IMG/VR virus record: IMGVR_UViG_3300047160_008180
Location: 769 to 64,768 of that record
Length of the DNA: 64,000 nucleotides
Origin: a virus
Taxonomy: Duplodnaviria; Caudoviricetes
Reading direction: 5' to 3' (one strand)
The position numbers and the translations under genes were made by a program. The notes under the pieces are model-generated. The model was not told the DNA's origin. It saw nothing but the letters and a program-made list of their open reading frames with translations, and searched no databases. Positions 1 through 10,800 of this stretch are shown here, piece after piece (position 1 is the first letter of the stretch; every line of letters begins with the position of its first letter).

Positions 1-1
1 G

Positions 2-1213
2 CTGGATAACTGGGGTGAGGACCTTCTCGCATCCCCGAATGGCGAAGCGCTGTACTGGTGGCAGAGACAGGCGGGCCCAGACTCGAGGGCCCTCCTGCGT
101 CCGACCGCGCCGGCGAATATCGAGCACATGCTCGTCGGGCCTGATGACCGTCATGTGTTGGCGCTGGGTACCAACCTCCTCAGTCAGGACCTTGCGACGG
201 TAGGCGGCCAGCAGGACCGCATGTTCGTGCGCTGGTGCGAGGGCGACGACTTCGATACGTGGGTGGAAACGGTCACCAACGATGCAGGCAGCAAGCGGCT
301 CGACACCGGCTCGCGAATCATCACCGGCGTAAAGACCAGGACCTCCATTGTCATTTTCTCGGACGAGTGTCTCTACACCGTGGCCCTGGTCGGCGGTACC
401 GACGTGTACTCGATCGTGCCCCTGGCACAGTCGGTAAAAATCATCTCGGCCAACGCCGCGGTGGATGTCTTCGGCACCGTCTACTACATGACAGAGAACG
501 GTTTCGCCTACTTCAACGGCACCGTAAACGACCTGCCCTGTGACATCGCGGACTACGTGTTCGGCACCAAGACGGATCCAACCAGCGGCATCAACCGCGC
601 CATGCAGAGCAAGGTGACGTGTCGAGTGCGGCTGCAGTACTTCGAGATTCTGTGGAGCTTCCCGTCGAACAGCGCCGACGAGAACGACTCAACCGCCATC
701 TATAACTGGCAGTTGGGCATCTGGTACAAAAGCTCGATCGAGCGGGAGTGCGGCCTGGATGAGAATCCGGGCTATGGCGTCCCCATCGGCTTCAATGACA
801 CCGGCATCTACCTCGAGGAGACCGGCACCGATGTGAGCAACGAGGAGGCGCTGTTCAATAACCTCCTGACCTGGGAGGGCGAATTCTCGATGACCTCCCG
901 GCACGACGTACCGCAGAACCAGACTCTGTGGTCGACGGCCTCGGGCAGCATGCTCATGCTGCTGCACTCCCTGATTCCAGACTTCAAGGAGCAGGTGGGA
1001 TCAGTCACCGTCCAGTGCCGCGGCCGCGACTTCAGCAACGACCCGACGGTGTACGGCGATCTATTGACCGTGACAGCCGGCGTCACCGACCAGGTTGACC
1101 CGCAGTTCTGCCAGCGGCGCGTCGCGCTGTACATGGAGTCGGTGACGATGGGAGATTACTGGCGCATGGACTACTGGCGGGCCCTGGCCAGCCCGGTCGG
1201 ACGCCGCGAGTGA
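2..1213 (+). CDS. Tail nozzle / DNA stabilization protein (P22 gp10-like), 5' truncated
   Basis: The frame is open from base 2 (LDNWGEDLLASPNG...), upstream of the track ORF at 128. It sits before the fibre and ejection genes. Confidence 0.7.
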   Translation: MDNWGEDLLASPNGEALYWWQRQAGPDSRALLRPTAPANIEHMLVGPDDRHVLALGTNLLSQDLATVGGQQDRMFVRWCEGDDFDTWVETVTNDAGSKRLDTGSRIITGVKTRTSIVIFSDECLYTVALVGGTDVYSIVPLAQSVKIISANAAVDVFGTVYYMTENGFAYFNGTVNDLPCDIADYVFGTKTDPTSGINRAMQSKVTCRVRLQYFEILWSFPSNSADENDSTAIYNWQLGIWYKSSIERECGLDENPGYGVPIGFNDTGIYLEETGTDVSNEEALFNNLLTWEGEFSMTSRHDVPQNQTLWSTASGSMLMLLHSLIPDFKEQVGSVTVQCRGRDFSNDPTVYGDLLTVTAGVTDQVDPQFCQRRVALYMESVTMGDYWRMDYWRALASPVGRRE

Positions 1214-3102
1214 CCACCAAGCGCAAAGCGCTGGCTGCTCCAGACATCCAGTTCAACGACCCGCAACTGGACCGGCTCATGCAGTTCGTGCGCGATCAGG
1301 CGCGCGAGATCCAGGCCCTGCAGCAGATGCTGCGCGCCGGTACTCAGGGGCAGATCCTCATCAAGGACAGCCCGACGGACTACGATGCCGCATGGACGGA
1401 CACCACGCACGGCACCATCACGGGCGCTGAGAACGTTGGCGCTGGTGATGGGGTATACCAGTCCACGGTCGGCACCACGCTGGCCTTCAAGTCGCTCATC
1501 CAGGGCGCGAACATCGAGCTCACGGTAGGGCCGGAGTCGATCACCGTCTCCGCAATCGTCCCCAGCGGCGGTACCGGTACGGTCACCTCGGTCGGTATCA
1601 ACAGCGCTGACCTCTCGGTCGTCGGCTCACCTATCGAGACCTCCGGCAGCATCACGCTCGAGATCAATCCGAACGCGGTCACCTACGACAAGATTCAGCA
1701 GACGAGCACCGATGGGGTGGTCCTGGGTCGCGCCGTCGGCGATGGCCCGGGCGATGTCGAGGAGCTCAACGCGTCGCAACTGGCCACCCTCATAGGCCCG
1801 GGCAACCAGGGACCGGCGGGCCCGGCGATCTTCCTGCAAGGGGAGGACGGCGAGGATGCGCCGATGATTCCCGGCCCACCAGGTCCCCAGGGCGTTCCGG
1901 GCGCTTCCGGTACCGGCGGCGATGGCAGCACCATCCTGGTGTTCGCCGACGACCCTGACGACCCGGTGGTGATTCCTGGACCGGCGGGCCCACAAGGGGC
2001 GACTGGACCCGCTGGCAGCGGTGGCAGTGGCAGCAGTCCCATGCTGGTGTTCGTGGAGGACAGCGACGACCCGATGATGATTCCGGGACCGCAAGGGGCC
2101 CCTGGTCCAACGGGTGCACTTGGTCCCGGTACGACCCTCCTGATGTTCTCGGACGATGGAGAGGATCCGGCGCTCATTCCAGGCCCGCAGGGACCGCAGG
2201 GGGCTACAGGTGCCACGGGGGCGACAGGCGCAACAGGCGCCGGTATCACCGTCCTACTGCTCGCGGATGATGGCGAGGATCCAATGATTGTCCCGGGTCC
2301 CCAGGGGCCGCAGGGAGCCACGGGAGCATCCGGGAGCAGCGGAAGCGGTGGCAGTCCCGTCGTCTTCTTCCCTGACGACGGAGAGGACGCACCGGTCATC
2401 CCGGGTACGCCCACGGACACGAGCACTGCGGGCCTTCCTGGAACGATCAGGGACCTAGTGTACTGGCTGAGGGCTGACCCGATCGTGGGCACCAACGGAC
2501 AGAACATTCCGACGGTCGGCAGTTCGGTGCCCTGGATACTTGGCCCCCTCGCCACCCTGGTCAACGGTACGGTTACGGTCGGCGCTGCCCAACTCAATGG
2601 CAAGAACGTCCTCAAGTGGCCGGGGGCAGCGACCGGCCGCTACCTACTGAGCAACCCGACACTCTTCTCCCAGCAGGTCACGGTGTTTTGTGTCGTCAAC
2701 CCAGCGGCGACCACGAACCAGACGCTTGTCGGTGCGGCGAATTCAGGGCTCGAGGTCGACGTAAACAGCGGCGCGAGCGGCTTTTCACTTACCAAGTCCC
2801 AAATTGGCGTCATCGCCTCGAGCTCCACGGCGCTGACGGTCTCGACCTGGGTTCAGGGAAATGTCACCTGGAACGCCAGTACCGGTGCCTATGCTTTCAG
2901 GGTGGCGAGGGCTGCTGCCGGTAGTGGCACCAGCACGCTCACCACGATCACGGGCAACACCAACGCGATTGGATTTAACCAGGCCGTCGGCGGCAACGAT
3001 ATGAGCTCGTCCGTGGCGGAGCTCATCATGTACAACCGCATCCTGACCGCGACCGAGATCGGGATCATCGAGAACTACCTTTTCAACAAATGGGCCGTAT
3101 AG
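1210..3102 (+). CDS. Collagen-like tail fibre or spike with C-terminal LamG/ConA-like domain
   Basis: Gly-X-Y runs (GPQGA). C-terminal LVYWLRAD...AELIMYNRILTATEIGIIENYLFNKW is typical of LamG-like phage domains. Confidence 0.75.
   Translation: MTTKRKALAAPDIQFNDPQLDRLMQFVRDQAREIQALQQMLRAGTQGQILIKDSPTDYDAAWTDTTHGTITGAENVGAGDGVYQSTVGTTLAFKSLIQGANIELTVGPESITVSAIVPSGGTGTVTSVGINSADLSVVGSPIETSGSITLEINPNAVTYDKIQQTSTDGVVLGRAVGDGPGDVEELNASQLATLIGPGNQGPAGPAIFLQGEDGEDAPMIPGPPGPQGVPGASGTGGDGSTILVFADDPDDPVVIPGPAGPQGATGPAGSGGSGSSPMLVFVEDSDDPMMIPGPQGAPGPTGALGPGTTLLMFSDDGEDPALIPGPQGPQGATGATGATGATGAGITVLLLADDGEDPMIVPGPQGPQGATGASGSSGSGGSPVVFFPDDGEDAPVIPGTPTDTSTAGLPGTIRDLVYWLRADPIVGTNGQNIPTVGSSVPWILGPLATLVNGTVTVGAAQLNGKNVLKWPGAATGRYLLSNPTLFSQQVTVFCVVNPAATTNQTLVGAANSGLEVDVNSGASGFSLTKSQIGVIASSSTALTVSTWVQGNVTWNASTGAYAFRVARAAAGSGTSTLTTITGNTNAIGFNQAVGGNDMSSSVAELIMYNRILTATEIGIIENYLFNKWAV
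1825..2410 (+). repeat. Six interrupted collagen-like repeat units of about 35 aa
   Basis: Recurring hydrophobic-DD(G/P)(E/D)D(P/A)xxIPGPxGPQGA unit. Confidence 0.85.
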
Positions 3103-3111
3103 GAGCCAATC

Positions 3112-3483
3112 ATGTCGCAGCAGAAACTCGCCAACATCCAGCCGATTGCCGTACCGAGTACGGCCACCAACCTCCTGAACTGCGCAATCACCTCGGTCGC
3201 TGGCCCGGTGGGCATGACCGCGACGCAGCCATACCTCACGCTCCTGCACCTGCGCGTCACGAACAACGACAGCTCTCCGCACACCCTGAAACTGTTCAAG
3301 GGGGCTACAGGTGCCAGCGCGGTGGGGACCGAGTTCGCCTACTCCGGCGAGACGATCGCGGCGAACTCGCACTCCGACTGGTACGGGAAGGCCCGGTTCG
3401 ACTCGACCGACTTCCTGACCGGTCTCGCCGACGTGGCGAACAAGCTCACCCTCACCATCGAGGCTGAGATCAACTTCTCGTAA
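3112..3483 (+). CDS. Small virion-associated protein (putative)
   Basis: 123-aa ORF with GGAG RBS in the tail module. Confidence 0.55.
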   Translation: MSQQKLANIQPIAVPSTATNLLNCAITSVAGPVGMTATQPYLTLLHLRVTNNDSSPHTLKLFKGATGASAVGTEFAYSGETIAANSHSDWYGKARFDSTDFLTGLADVANKLTLTIEAEINFS

Positions 3484-3534
3484 GCCACGGTAAACTTGCG
3501 TAATCCTTCGAAAAAGGCCGCTTAAAGCCACCTT

Positions 3535-4032
3535 ATGACCCAGAAAAACACAACTACGACCATCAGACCCGCGACCGCTATGGATTCGGTCGCTATCGTG
3601 AGGCTCATCCGCGCTGGATACGCTGAGACGCCTGCCAAGGACATCGGTGCCCTCGACGAGCAAAAGCTCCTTGAGTACGTGACCGGCACGCTGCGACACG
3701 CTTTCGTGGTCGTGGCCGATCAGGGCAGCGGCCGCACCGTCGGCTCGATCGCCCTAGCCCCCATCCGCGTGCCCTGGTGTAACGCGGTGGTGATGGCGGA
3801 AAGCTGGTTCGCGGTAGTCGAGGCGCATCGGGTCAAGGGGATCCCGGAGCAGCTCCTCACCGCGGCGGAGGCTTTCCTGGATAAAAACGGCCTGGTGGGG
3901 TTCCTGGGAACCCAGATGCTCACGCCAGCGTCCATGAACATCATCATTGCCAAGCGGTCGGCGTACGCGCCTTCCCGGCACACCTTCCTGCGACTGCCGG
4001 CAACGGCGCTGAAGAAGGCGGCCGGCGGATGA
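3535..4032 (+). CDS. GNAT-family acetyltransferase
   Basis: TIRPATAMD start, FVVVAD..GRTVG, ESWFAVVEAHRVKGIPEQLL (motif A-like). Confidence 0.75.
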   Translation: MTQKNTTTTIRPATAMDSVAIVRLIRAGYAETPAKDIGALDEQKLLEYVTGTLRHAFVVVADQGSGRTVGSIALAPIRVPWCNAVVMAESWFAVVEAHRVKGIPEQLLTAAEAFLDKNGLVGFLGTQMLTPASMNIIIAKRSAYAPSRHTFLRLPATALKKAAGG

Positions 4033-4541
4033 GCATCGAGTTCATGGTGATTGGAGCCCCAAGATCTGGGACGGCATGGTGTGCAAACTGGCTGACCACG
4101 CAGGACACCCTGTGCCTGCATGACATGCTGTTCAGGCATACGCCGGAGGACCTGGACAAGATCCCGTGCACCAGGACGCTGGGCCTGGCCGACAGTGGTC
4201 TGTGGCGCTTCCCGGAGTGGGTGGCGGCCCATCCTGCGAAGAAGGTCATCCTGCACCGCCGCGACAGCGAGATTCGGGACTCCCTGCGTCGCGCGGGACT
4301 CCCGGACGTGGATCCAGGTTGCTGGCGAGCTCTCCACGACATGGTGGGGCTGCACATCGACTGGCGGGTGCTCTTTGACGGGCCCGAGATGGTGCACCAT
4401 TACCTGTTTGGGAATAAGCCCGTCGACCTCGAGCGCCATACCCTGCTCACCCACCTCAACGTCCAGGCCGACTTCGAGAAGATTGACCCGGATCCAGCCG
4501 TGACGCGCAAGCTCCTTGAGCGCATGCGGGTGGCGCAATGA
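4029..4541 (+). CDS. Sulfotransferase-like P-loop protein
   Basis: FMVIGAPRSGTAW matches the 5'-phosphosulfate-binding G-x-P-R-S-G-T loop, followed by CLHD. Confidence 0.65.
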   Translation: MSIEFMVIGAPRSGTAWCANWLTTQDTLCLHDMLFRHTPEDLDKIPCTRTLGLADSGLWRFPEWVAAHPAKKVILHRRDSEIRDSLRRAGLPDVDPGCWRALHDMVGLHIDWRVLFDGPEMVHHYLFGNKPVDLERHTLLTHLNVQADFEKIDPDPAVTRKLLERMRVAQ

Positions 4542-5173
4542 AGTACCTGCAGCCCCTCGTGACAGGCCTGGACATCGAGCCGGTGCTCGCGGAGCTCGAG
4601 GCGAATCCGCAATTGTGGAACCAGTTCACACTTCGCACCGCCGGCTATGCGCCGGCGCACAACGCTGTGTCTGATATCTGGGTTCGGTACCGGGACTGGC
4701 AGGAGTGGCTCAAGATCCAGCGCGAGGACCAGGACCCCAGTGGGGTGGGGGCGCAGCAACTGGTCGCGCGGTTTGTCAGCGAGCCGCACGAGAGCGCGTG
4801 GTATCCGGCAATCGATGTGCTTCCGAGTCTGCGAACGCTCATCTTCGAGCTCATGCGGCACTTCGAGGTCGAGCGGCTGGGTGGCGTGCTGATCACGCGC
4901 ATACCCCCGGGCGGCGAGGTGAAGCCGCATATCGACCGCGGCTGGCATGCGGGCCACTACGAGAAGATTGCCGTCCAGCTCAAAAGCGCGCCTGGACAGA
5001 CGTTCTGCTTCGAGGACGGCGAGTTCGAGTGTGATCCAGGGACGGTGTATTCGTTCTACAACTCGGTGGAGCATTGGGTGAAGAACCCCACCGAGCTCGA
5101 GCGCATGACGTGCATCATCTGTGTACGTCGTGACCAACATGCGAAGCCGCTGTACGGCGGCGGTGGAGGGTAG
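4538..5173 (+). CDS. Asp/Asn beta-hydroxylase-like 2OG-Fe(II) oxygenase
   Basis: LITRIPPGGEVKPHID (HxD) with a distal His in NSVEHWVKN and a C-terminal Arg (ERMTCIIC). Confidence 0.8.
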   Translation: MKYLQPLVTGLDIEPVLAELEANPQLWNQFTLRTAGYAPAHNAVSDIWVRYRDWQEWLKIQREDQDPSGVGAQQLVARFVSEPHESAWYPAIDVLPSLRTLIFELMRHFEVERLGGVLITRIPPGGEVKPHIDRGWHAGHYEKIAVQLKSAPGQTFCFEDGEFECDPGTVYSFYNSVEHWVKNPTELERMTCIICVRRDQHAKPLYGGGGG

Positions 5174-5177
5174 GCCA

Positions 5178-6194
5178 GTGCCATGGGGTGCAGCAATCGG
5201 CGCAGTCGGGGCCCTCGGCTCCGCCTACATGAACAGCAAGAGTTCCAAGGCGGGGGGATCCTCGACCTCGGACTCTCCCGCCACCATTGCCGCATCCAAC
5301 GATGCATTGGGCAGGGCGCAGACCATAGCCGCCACGCCGTACACGCCCTACCAGGGCACGGTGGTGGCGCCAGAGACTGCGAACCAGATTCAGGGGACGG
5401 CGCAGGCCTCACCTGACAGCGCGCTCAACACCAAGGCCTCGAGCCTGTACGACCAGGCGGCCGGCGATATCGCGGGCATCAAGCAGTACAACTCCCAGAA
5501 CCTGCAGTCCTACATGGACCCGTATGTGCAGGCGACGCTGACGCCGGTCCTCAACCAAGAGAACATCAACTACAACCAGCAGAAGTCGGCGCTGGAGAAC
5601 TCCAAGGCCGGGGCGTTCGGCGGCGACCGATCGGCGCTTGAGGAGCAATCGGTCGACACCGCACACGCGCAGGCCACCGCGGCGGATGTGGGAAACGCCT
5701 ATTCGCAGGCGTACACGAACGCGCAGAACGCTTTTTTCAAGGACAACGAGACGAAACTGCAGTCCGCGCAGGATCTTGCCCAGGTCGGCGGGGATGTCAG
5801 CAAACTCAACAGCACGCAGATTCAGGACCTCATGCAGACCGGTGGAGTAGCGCAGGCGCTCCAGCAGCAGCAGCTCAACTTCAATCTGCAGACCTTCCTG
5901 ACCAACCAGCAATGGTCGACCACCGAGCTCCAGCCGCTCCTGCAGGCGATCGCGGCATCGAAGGGTACGCAGACGCAGACGAGCCTGTATGGGCCTGGGT
6001 CGAATGTCGCCGGCACTGCTCTGGGAGCCGCGGCAACCGTGGCGGGCGCGTACTTCACGGGAGGCGGCACGGGGAGCTCGACGTGGACCGGTACCGATCA
6101 GGCGGCGGCGGATTACGAAGCTAATCAGAGTTCTCAAATGATCATCGACAACGCCGGGCCTATCGAGCCGATCGATACCTCGGGAGGGGGTTGA
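5178..6194 (+). CDS. Internal virion / DNA ejection protein (small)
   Basis: GTG start after GGAGGG (MPWGAAIGAVGALG). Gly/Ala/Gln-rich with hydrophobic Gly-rich ends. Confidence 0.65.
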   Translation: MPWGAAIGAVGALGSAYMNSKSSKAGGSSTSDSPATIAASNDALGRAQTIAATPYTPYQGTVVAPETANQIQGTAQASPDSALNTKASSLYDQAAGDIAGIKQYNSQNLQSYMDPYVQATLTPVLNQENINYNQQKSALENSKAGAFGGDRSALEEQSVDTAHAQATAADVGNAYSQAYTNAQNAFFKDNETKLQSAQDLAQVGGDVSKLNSTQIQDLMQTGGVAQALQQQQLNFNLQTFLTNQQWSTTELQPLLQAIAASKGTQTQTSLYGPGSNVAGTALGAAATVAGAYFTGGGTGSSTWTGTDQAAADYEANQSSQMIIDNAGPIEPIDTSGGG

Positions 6195-7828
6195 CCGTGA
6201 GCACGCCTGCCGATCAGTTGCCCATGCAGCAACCGCCCCAGAGTCCCTTGGACCAGTACATGGCCCAGTACGGGCAGCAACTGCAGTCCATGCTGGCCAA
6301 CGACCCCAACCAGGGCGCGGCGCCGGCAAACGACCCGGCAATGGCCGCTGCAGGGCAGGTTTCCGATCTCGGACCCGACACGTACCGGCCGCAGTTGCCA
6401 CAGGTACCCCAGCAGAGCGCGCTGGCCGCCGGTCAGGGTCAGGGACCGGGCAGCGCCACACCACCTGGTCAATCCCCCGCCGGGCCGCCGCAGAGCGCGC
6501 TCGCTGGGCCGCAGGACGGTGCTGGCGCCGACGGCTCGACAGGAGACGGAAAGGGCCAAGGGCTCTCGTTCCGCGACCTCTTCAAGGGTCAGCCGAAGGA
6601 TGTCCGGGACAGGTACGTGCAGCAGCTCCAGGACCACCTGAAGCAGGCTGACCAGACCATCAACTCCGCCTACGCCGACATGATGGAGAAGATGGGCGGC
6701 CGCCCGGACAAGAGTCTGAGCAAGGAGCAGAAGGGCATGCTGCTGATGGAATTCGGCATGCGGATGATGGAGCACTCCCGCGGGCAGTATGGGCAGACCA
6801 ACGAGCTCGGTGGCGCCATCGGGCAGGCCGGCACCGAGACGCTGCAGAGCGCCAAGGGCATGATGGCGGCGAACACCGCGAGCCAGCAGCGGTACGACCA
6901 GATGCAGGAGCAACTGGCCATTGCGCAGGGGAAGGAGCGAGCGCAATTGGCCTCGAGGTCAGCGCTCGAGACGGGTCGGGACCTGCGCGCCTTTGGCCAG
7001 CAGGACTCCCTGCTCGCCCGCACCCAGATGCAGCAGACCGGCGCGAGCGAGCGCACCGCGGCGAGGAACGAGGCCGCCGCCGACCGTACGGCAACGACGG
7101 AAGCGGGTAAGGACCGCCGTGCAGCGCAATCTGCCGGGCAGGTGAAGCGCACCGTGACCGGCGACGACGGCTCGATCTACGGCGTGACTGGCAATGGGTC
7201 CTTGGTCCGACTAGGCAAGGACGGCAAGGCGATCAAGGCCAACCCTGCCGGCGGCCCGGGCGGTGGCAAGCTCACCGCGGCGCAGGCGAACTACAACCTG
7301 TACATGTCCACCTATGGGAAGGATCAGAACGGGCAGCCGCTGACCGGTCAGGACCTGCAGGCGGCGCAGGGTGAGGCGCTGAAGTACGCCGCCAACCCGC
7401 GTACGTACCAGCTCTCGGATGCGCAGGCGCAGCAGATGGCCGCGAAGTCTGCCGATTCGTTCGTTCGCGCGAACCCCACCGCCTGGATGGGCATGTCGAC
7501 GGATGAGGTGGCCGCAAAGCGCGCCGAGTATGCCGAGTCGGAATACAACCGCATCCGCCGCGGAGCTCCTGCGATCGCGCAACCCCCACCGGGACCGCGG
7601 TCGGCGCTCGAGTCCAGCGGCGCCACCCGGCCGGTTCCGGCTCAATCCGGAAATTCGCCAGCGCCCAAGGCTGCCATTCCCACCTCACCGCCGCCGAACA
7701 TGCCTCGAGGCCCGAACGCGGCACAATTGGACGCCTTGCAGAAGGATCCCAAGCGCATGGCGCCGTTCTTCCTGCAGAAGTTCGGCTACCTGCCGCGTGA
7801 GTTCCACCAGTTCGCGCAAACCCCCTGA
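6191..7828 (+). CDS. Internal virion / DNA ejection protein (middle)
   Basis: 545-aa Ala/Gln-rich ORF between the small and giant ejection genes, with a GTGA overlap. Confidence 0.6.
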   Translation: MTVSTPADQLPMQQPPQSPLDQYMAQYGQQLQSMLANDPNQGAAPANDPAMAAAGQVSDLGPDTYRPQLPQVPQQSALAAGQGQGPGSATPPGQSPAGPPQSALAGPQDGAGADGSTGDGKGQGLSFRDLFKGQPKDVRDRYVQQLQDHLKQADQTINSAYADMMEKMGGRPDKSLSKEQKGMLLMEFGMRMMEHSRGQYGQTNELGGAIGQAGTETLQSAKGMMAANTASQQRYDQMQEQLAIAQGKERAQLASRSALETGRDLRAFGQQDSLLARTQMQQTGASERTAARNEAAADRTATTEAGKDRRAAQSAGQVKRTVTGDDGSIYGVTGNGSLVRLGKDGKAIKANPAGGPGGGKLTAAQANYNLYMSTYGKDQNGQPLTGQDLQAAQGEALKYAANPRTYQLSDAQAQQMAAKSADSFVRANPTAWMGMSTDEVAAKRAEYAESEYNRIRRGAPAIAQPPPGPRSALESSGATRPVPAQSGNSPAPKAAIPTSPPPNMPRGPNAAQLDALQKDPKRMAPFFLQKFGYLPREFHQFAQTP

Positions 7829-7843
7829 GCCACTGAAGCATGT

Positions 7844-10800
7844 ATGGCCGACGTAAACCCGCTCGACGCGCTCGACGAGGCACCTAGCGCCGCCCCGGCG
7901 TCCGCACTGGCAACGGCCGCTGCGCCGTCGTCTAACCCCCTGGATGCGCTGGACGACCCGTCGGCGCAGCCCAACCCCCTTGACCGATTGGGAACCCCTC
8001 CTGCGAGCGACCACACGGCCACACGCATGGACGAGGTCACCGACCAGGCACAGATGCCCACGGTCACGGTCTCCGCCAGAGGCGGCCCGGACTCGTCCTG
8101 GAGCGACGTGGCGCGCGGGATCCCGACCGCTATCGGCGCCGGCATCGAAACCAAGGTAGGCGCCACGCAGGAATACGTCGGTCACTCCGCCTACGACGAC
8201 GCTAAGAAGAAGTTTTGGCAGTCCGTGACCCTGCCGCAGGCCGTCCGAGACGCGAAGGCTCAAGGGGTGGCCCTGACCGACCTCCCCGAGGTCCAGGACG
8301 CCGCCAAGCACGTAGGCGTTCGCGTGGACGTGTTTACGCGGGACTGGCCGGACTACGTGAACATGTCGCCGCAGGAGCTCGACCAGGTGCAGCGCGAGCA
8401 GCGCGACCGGATGCAGGCCGGGGCGCAGCAGATCGAGAGCGGCTCGAGGAAGCGGCTCACTGCGGCCCAGGTCCAGGAGGCCTACGCGCCTCGCATGGAC
8501 AACCACTCATTGAAGGCGCTCGTTTTCGACTCGGCGACCATGGCCCCCGACATTTTGGCCGGCGTTGGCGGCACGGTCGCGACCGGAGGCGTGGGTGGCG
8601 CTGCCATCATGGCCGCCGACATCGCGCCGAATGAGTACGCCGCAGCCCGTAACAAGGGGCTCAACCACCAGGACGCGAGCACGTACGCAATTTTGACGAC
8701 TGTGGCGTCTAGTGTCCCAGAGGTCCCCGTTCTGAAGGTGGTCGAGAACACTCCCCTGGCGAATAAGGTCATCGGGAGCGTGGTAGGCGAGAAGCTCGCC
8801 CAGACCGGAGTCGGCAAGGTCGCTGGTACCGCGGCCGCCCAGGGCGTGACCCAGAGCGTCGTAAACGCTCTGCAGCAGGGTATCGACGCCGGAGTGCTCA
8901 ATGAGCACCTGCCGCTCGATGAGGCGCTCAAACAAGTAGCTTGGTCAGGGTTGCTGGGCGCGACGGTGGGAGCGCCTATGGGCGCCTACCACGCGGCGAC
9001 ATCAAGGTCTCGAAAGCCGACCACGTTGCAGGAGATCACCGAGACAGGCGGCGGCAATGGCCGCGAGGAACCACAGGCGCCATCCGTGGCGCCTCCTTCC
9101 GTGGGCGAAGTTCCTACCCCTATAGACACTCGGGGAGAGGAGATTCGGACGGGCGCAGCAGAAAATATTTCTGGCAGTGCGGAGGCTGAACAGCGCGCCG
9201 CCCTCTTGGCCGTACAGGACAAGACCGTTACCCCTCCGCAGGCGGACCTGCTCGAGCAGGCAGGACTGGTCAAGCGCAACGACCTGAACGAGCCGGTGCT
9301 GCTGCCTGCCGGCCGCCGTCGGCTTACCGAGCTGAAGGACACCGGCGACCTACCAGAAGGACAGGCTGAAAATGCCGCTGGAAAGGTATCTGCGGAGTCC
9401 GAACCACCCGTTAGCGGCACAAACACTGCGTCGAAACCCCTGGAAACACGGGAGAAGGGGCCGATTGTTGGTACGGAAACGCCGCAAGAAACCCCAAAAC
9501 AGCCCGAAACAGAGGCAAAACAGCCCGAAAAATCGGTAAACGAGGAGGTGGCGACGGAAAAAGCGCCTCTTTTGGACCGGTTGCGCGACGACCAAGACCT
9601 GCGACAGGGCCTCGAGGCGATGAAAGGGGAGACGGGCTGGGCCCAGGTGGGCGGCAAGGTGCTGCGCGACGCCACCACCGACCAGGTCACCGGGCGCACG
9701 TCCTGGATCCCGAACTCGGACTGGTGGCCGGGCCGTCCCAAGGGGCTCAAGGAGGACGAGGTCCACACCGCCGTCGACAAGGCGCTGGCCGGGCAGCCGC
9801 TGCGGAAGCGCGAGCAGTCCATGGTCGAGTACATGACGCAGGTGCACGATGAGCGCGTGGCCATGGCTGCCACCCACGAGGAACTCAAGCAGGCAGTCCC
9901 CGACCTCGAGGAGCAGCCACAGCAAGCCGTTGACCTCACCATCTTGGCCAGTCGCGCCGCCGAGCATGACCCGAACGCTACGGCGCAACTCATGGAGGAC
10001 GCTTGGGCCGATGACAGCCCGGAAACAATTGCTCGCGTTCGTGGCCAGTTCGAGCAGATAATCGGCCGTGGACAAAAAGAAGCCTTCACCCTCGCCACTC
10101 AAGAAGCAGGTAATCGAGAACCTGCGCCGGTTAAAAGATCACCGGCAGCGCTCGACCTCTTCGGCGAAGATCGCACCCGCGAGCAAGCACTAGCCGACGA
10201 GACCCGTCGGCGCGATCAACTCCGTTCGCCTAACCGCGATGTCCCCCTCGAGACCGGGCTACCTGGCGATCTCTTCAGCCAGTCCAGGCGACAGGTCGAC
10301 CTGACCGACCAGCTCGAGGCGGCTCGAGCAGACACCAACACGGATCCCACGGAAGCGCAGAAGGCCGCCGGCAACTACGCCAAGGGTGAGCTGTCCTTCG
10401 GTGGGATGAAGGTCACGCTGGAGAACCCGAAAGGGTCCACGCGCTCTGGCGTCGACCCTGGTGGCAAACGCTGGTCACGCAAGCTGGCGCACGACTACGG
10501 CTACCTCAACGGCAGTGAAGGCGCCGACGGCGATCACGTCGACACCTTCCTGACCGGCAAGCCTGACACCGGCAAGGTGTTCGTCGTGAACCAGGTGCAC
10601 CCGGACACCCGGGAATTCGATGAGCACAAGGCCGTGCTGGGAGCTAACTCCGAGGAGGAGGCGCGGCGCACCTACCTAGCCAATTACCCTCGCGGCTGGA
10701 AGGGCCTCAACAGCGTTGCAGAGTTCAGCACCGATGGGTTCCGTCGGTGGTTGAACCGTGGGCAGCGCCGTCGGCCGGCGTGGGGTAGTGAGGTCGAACG

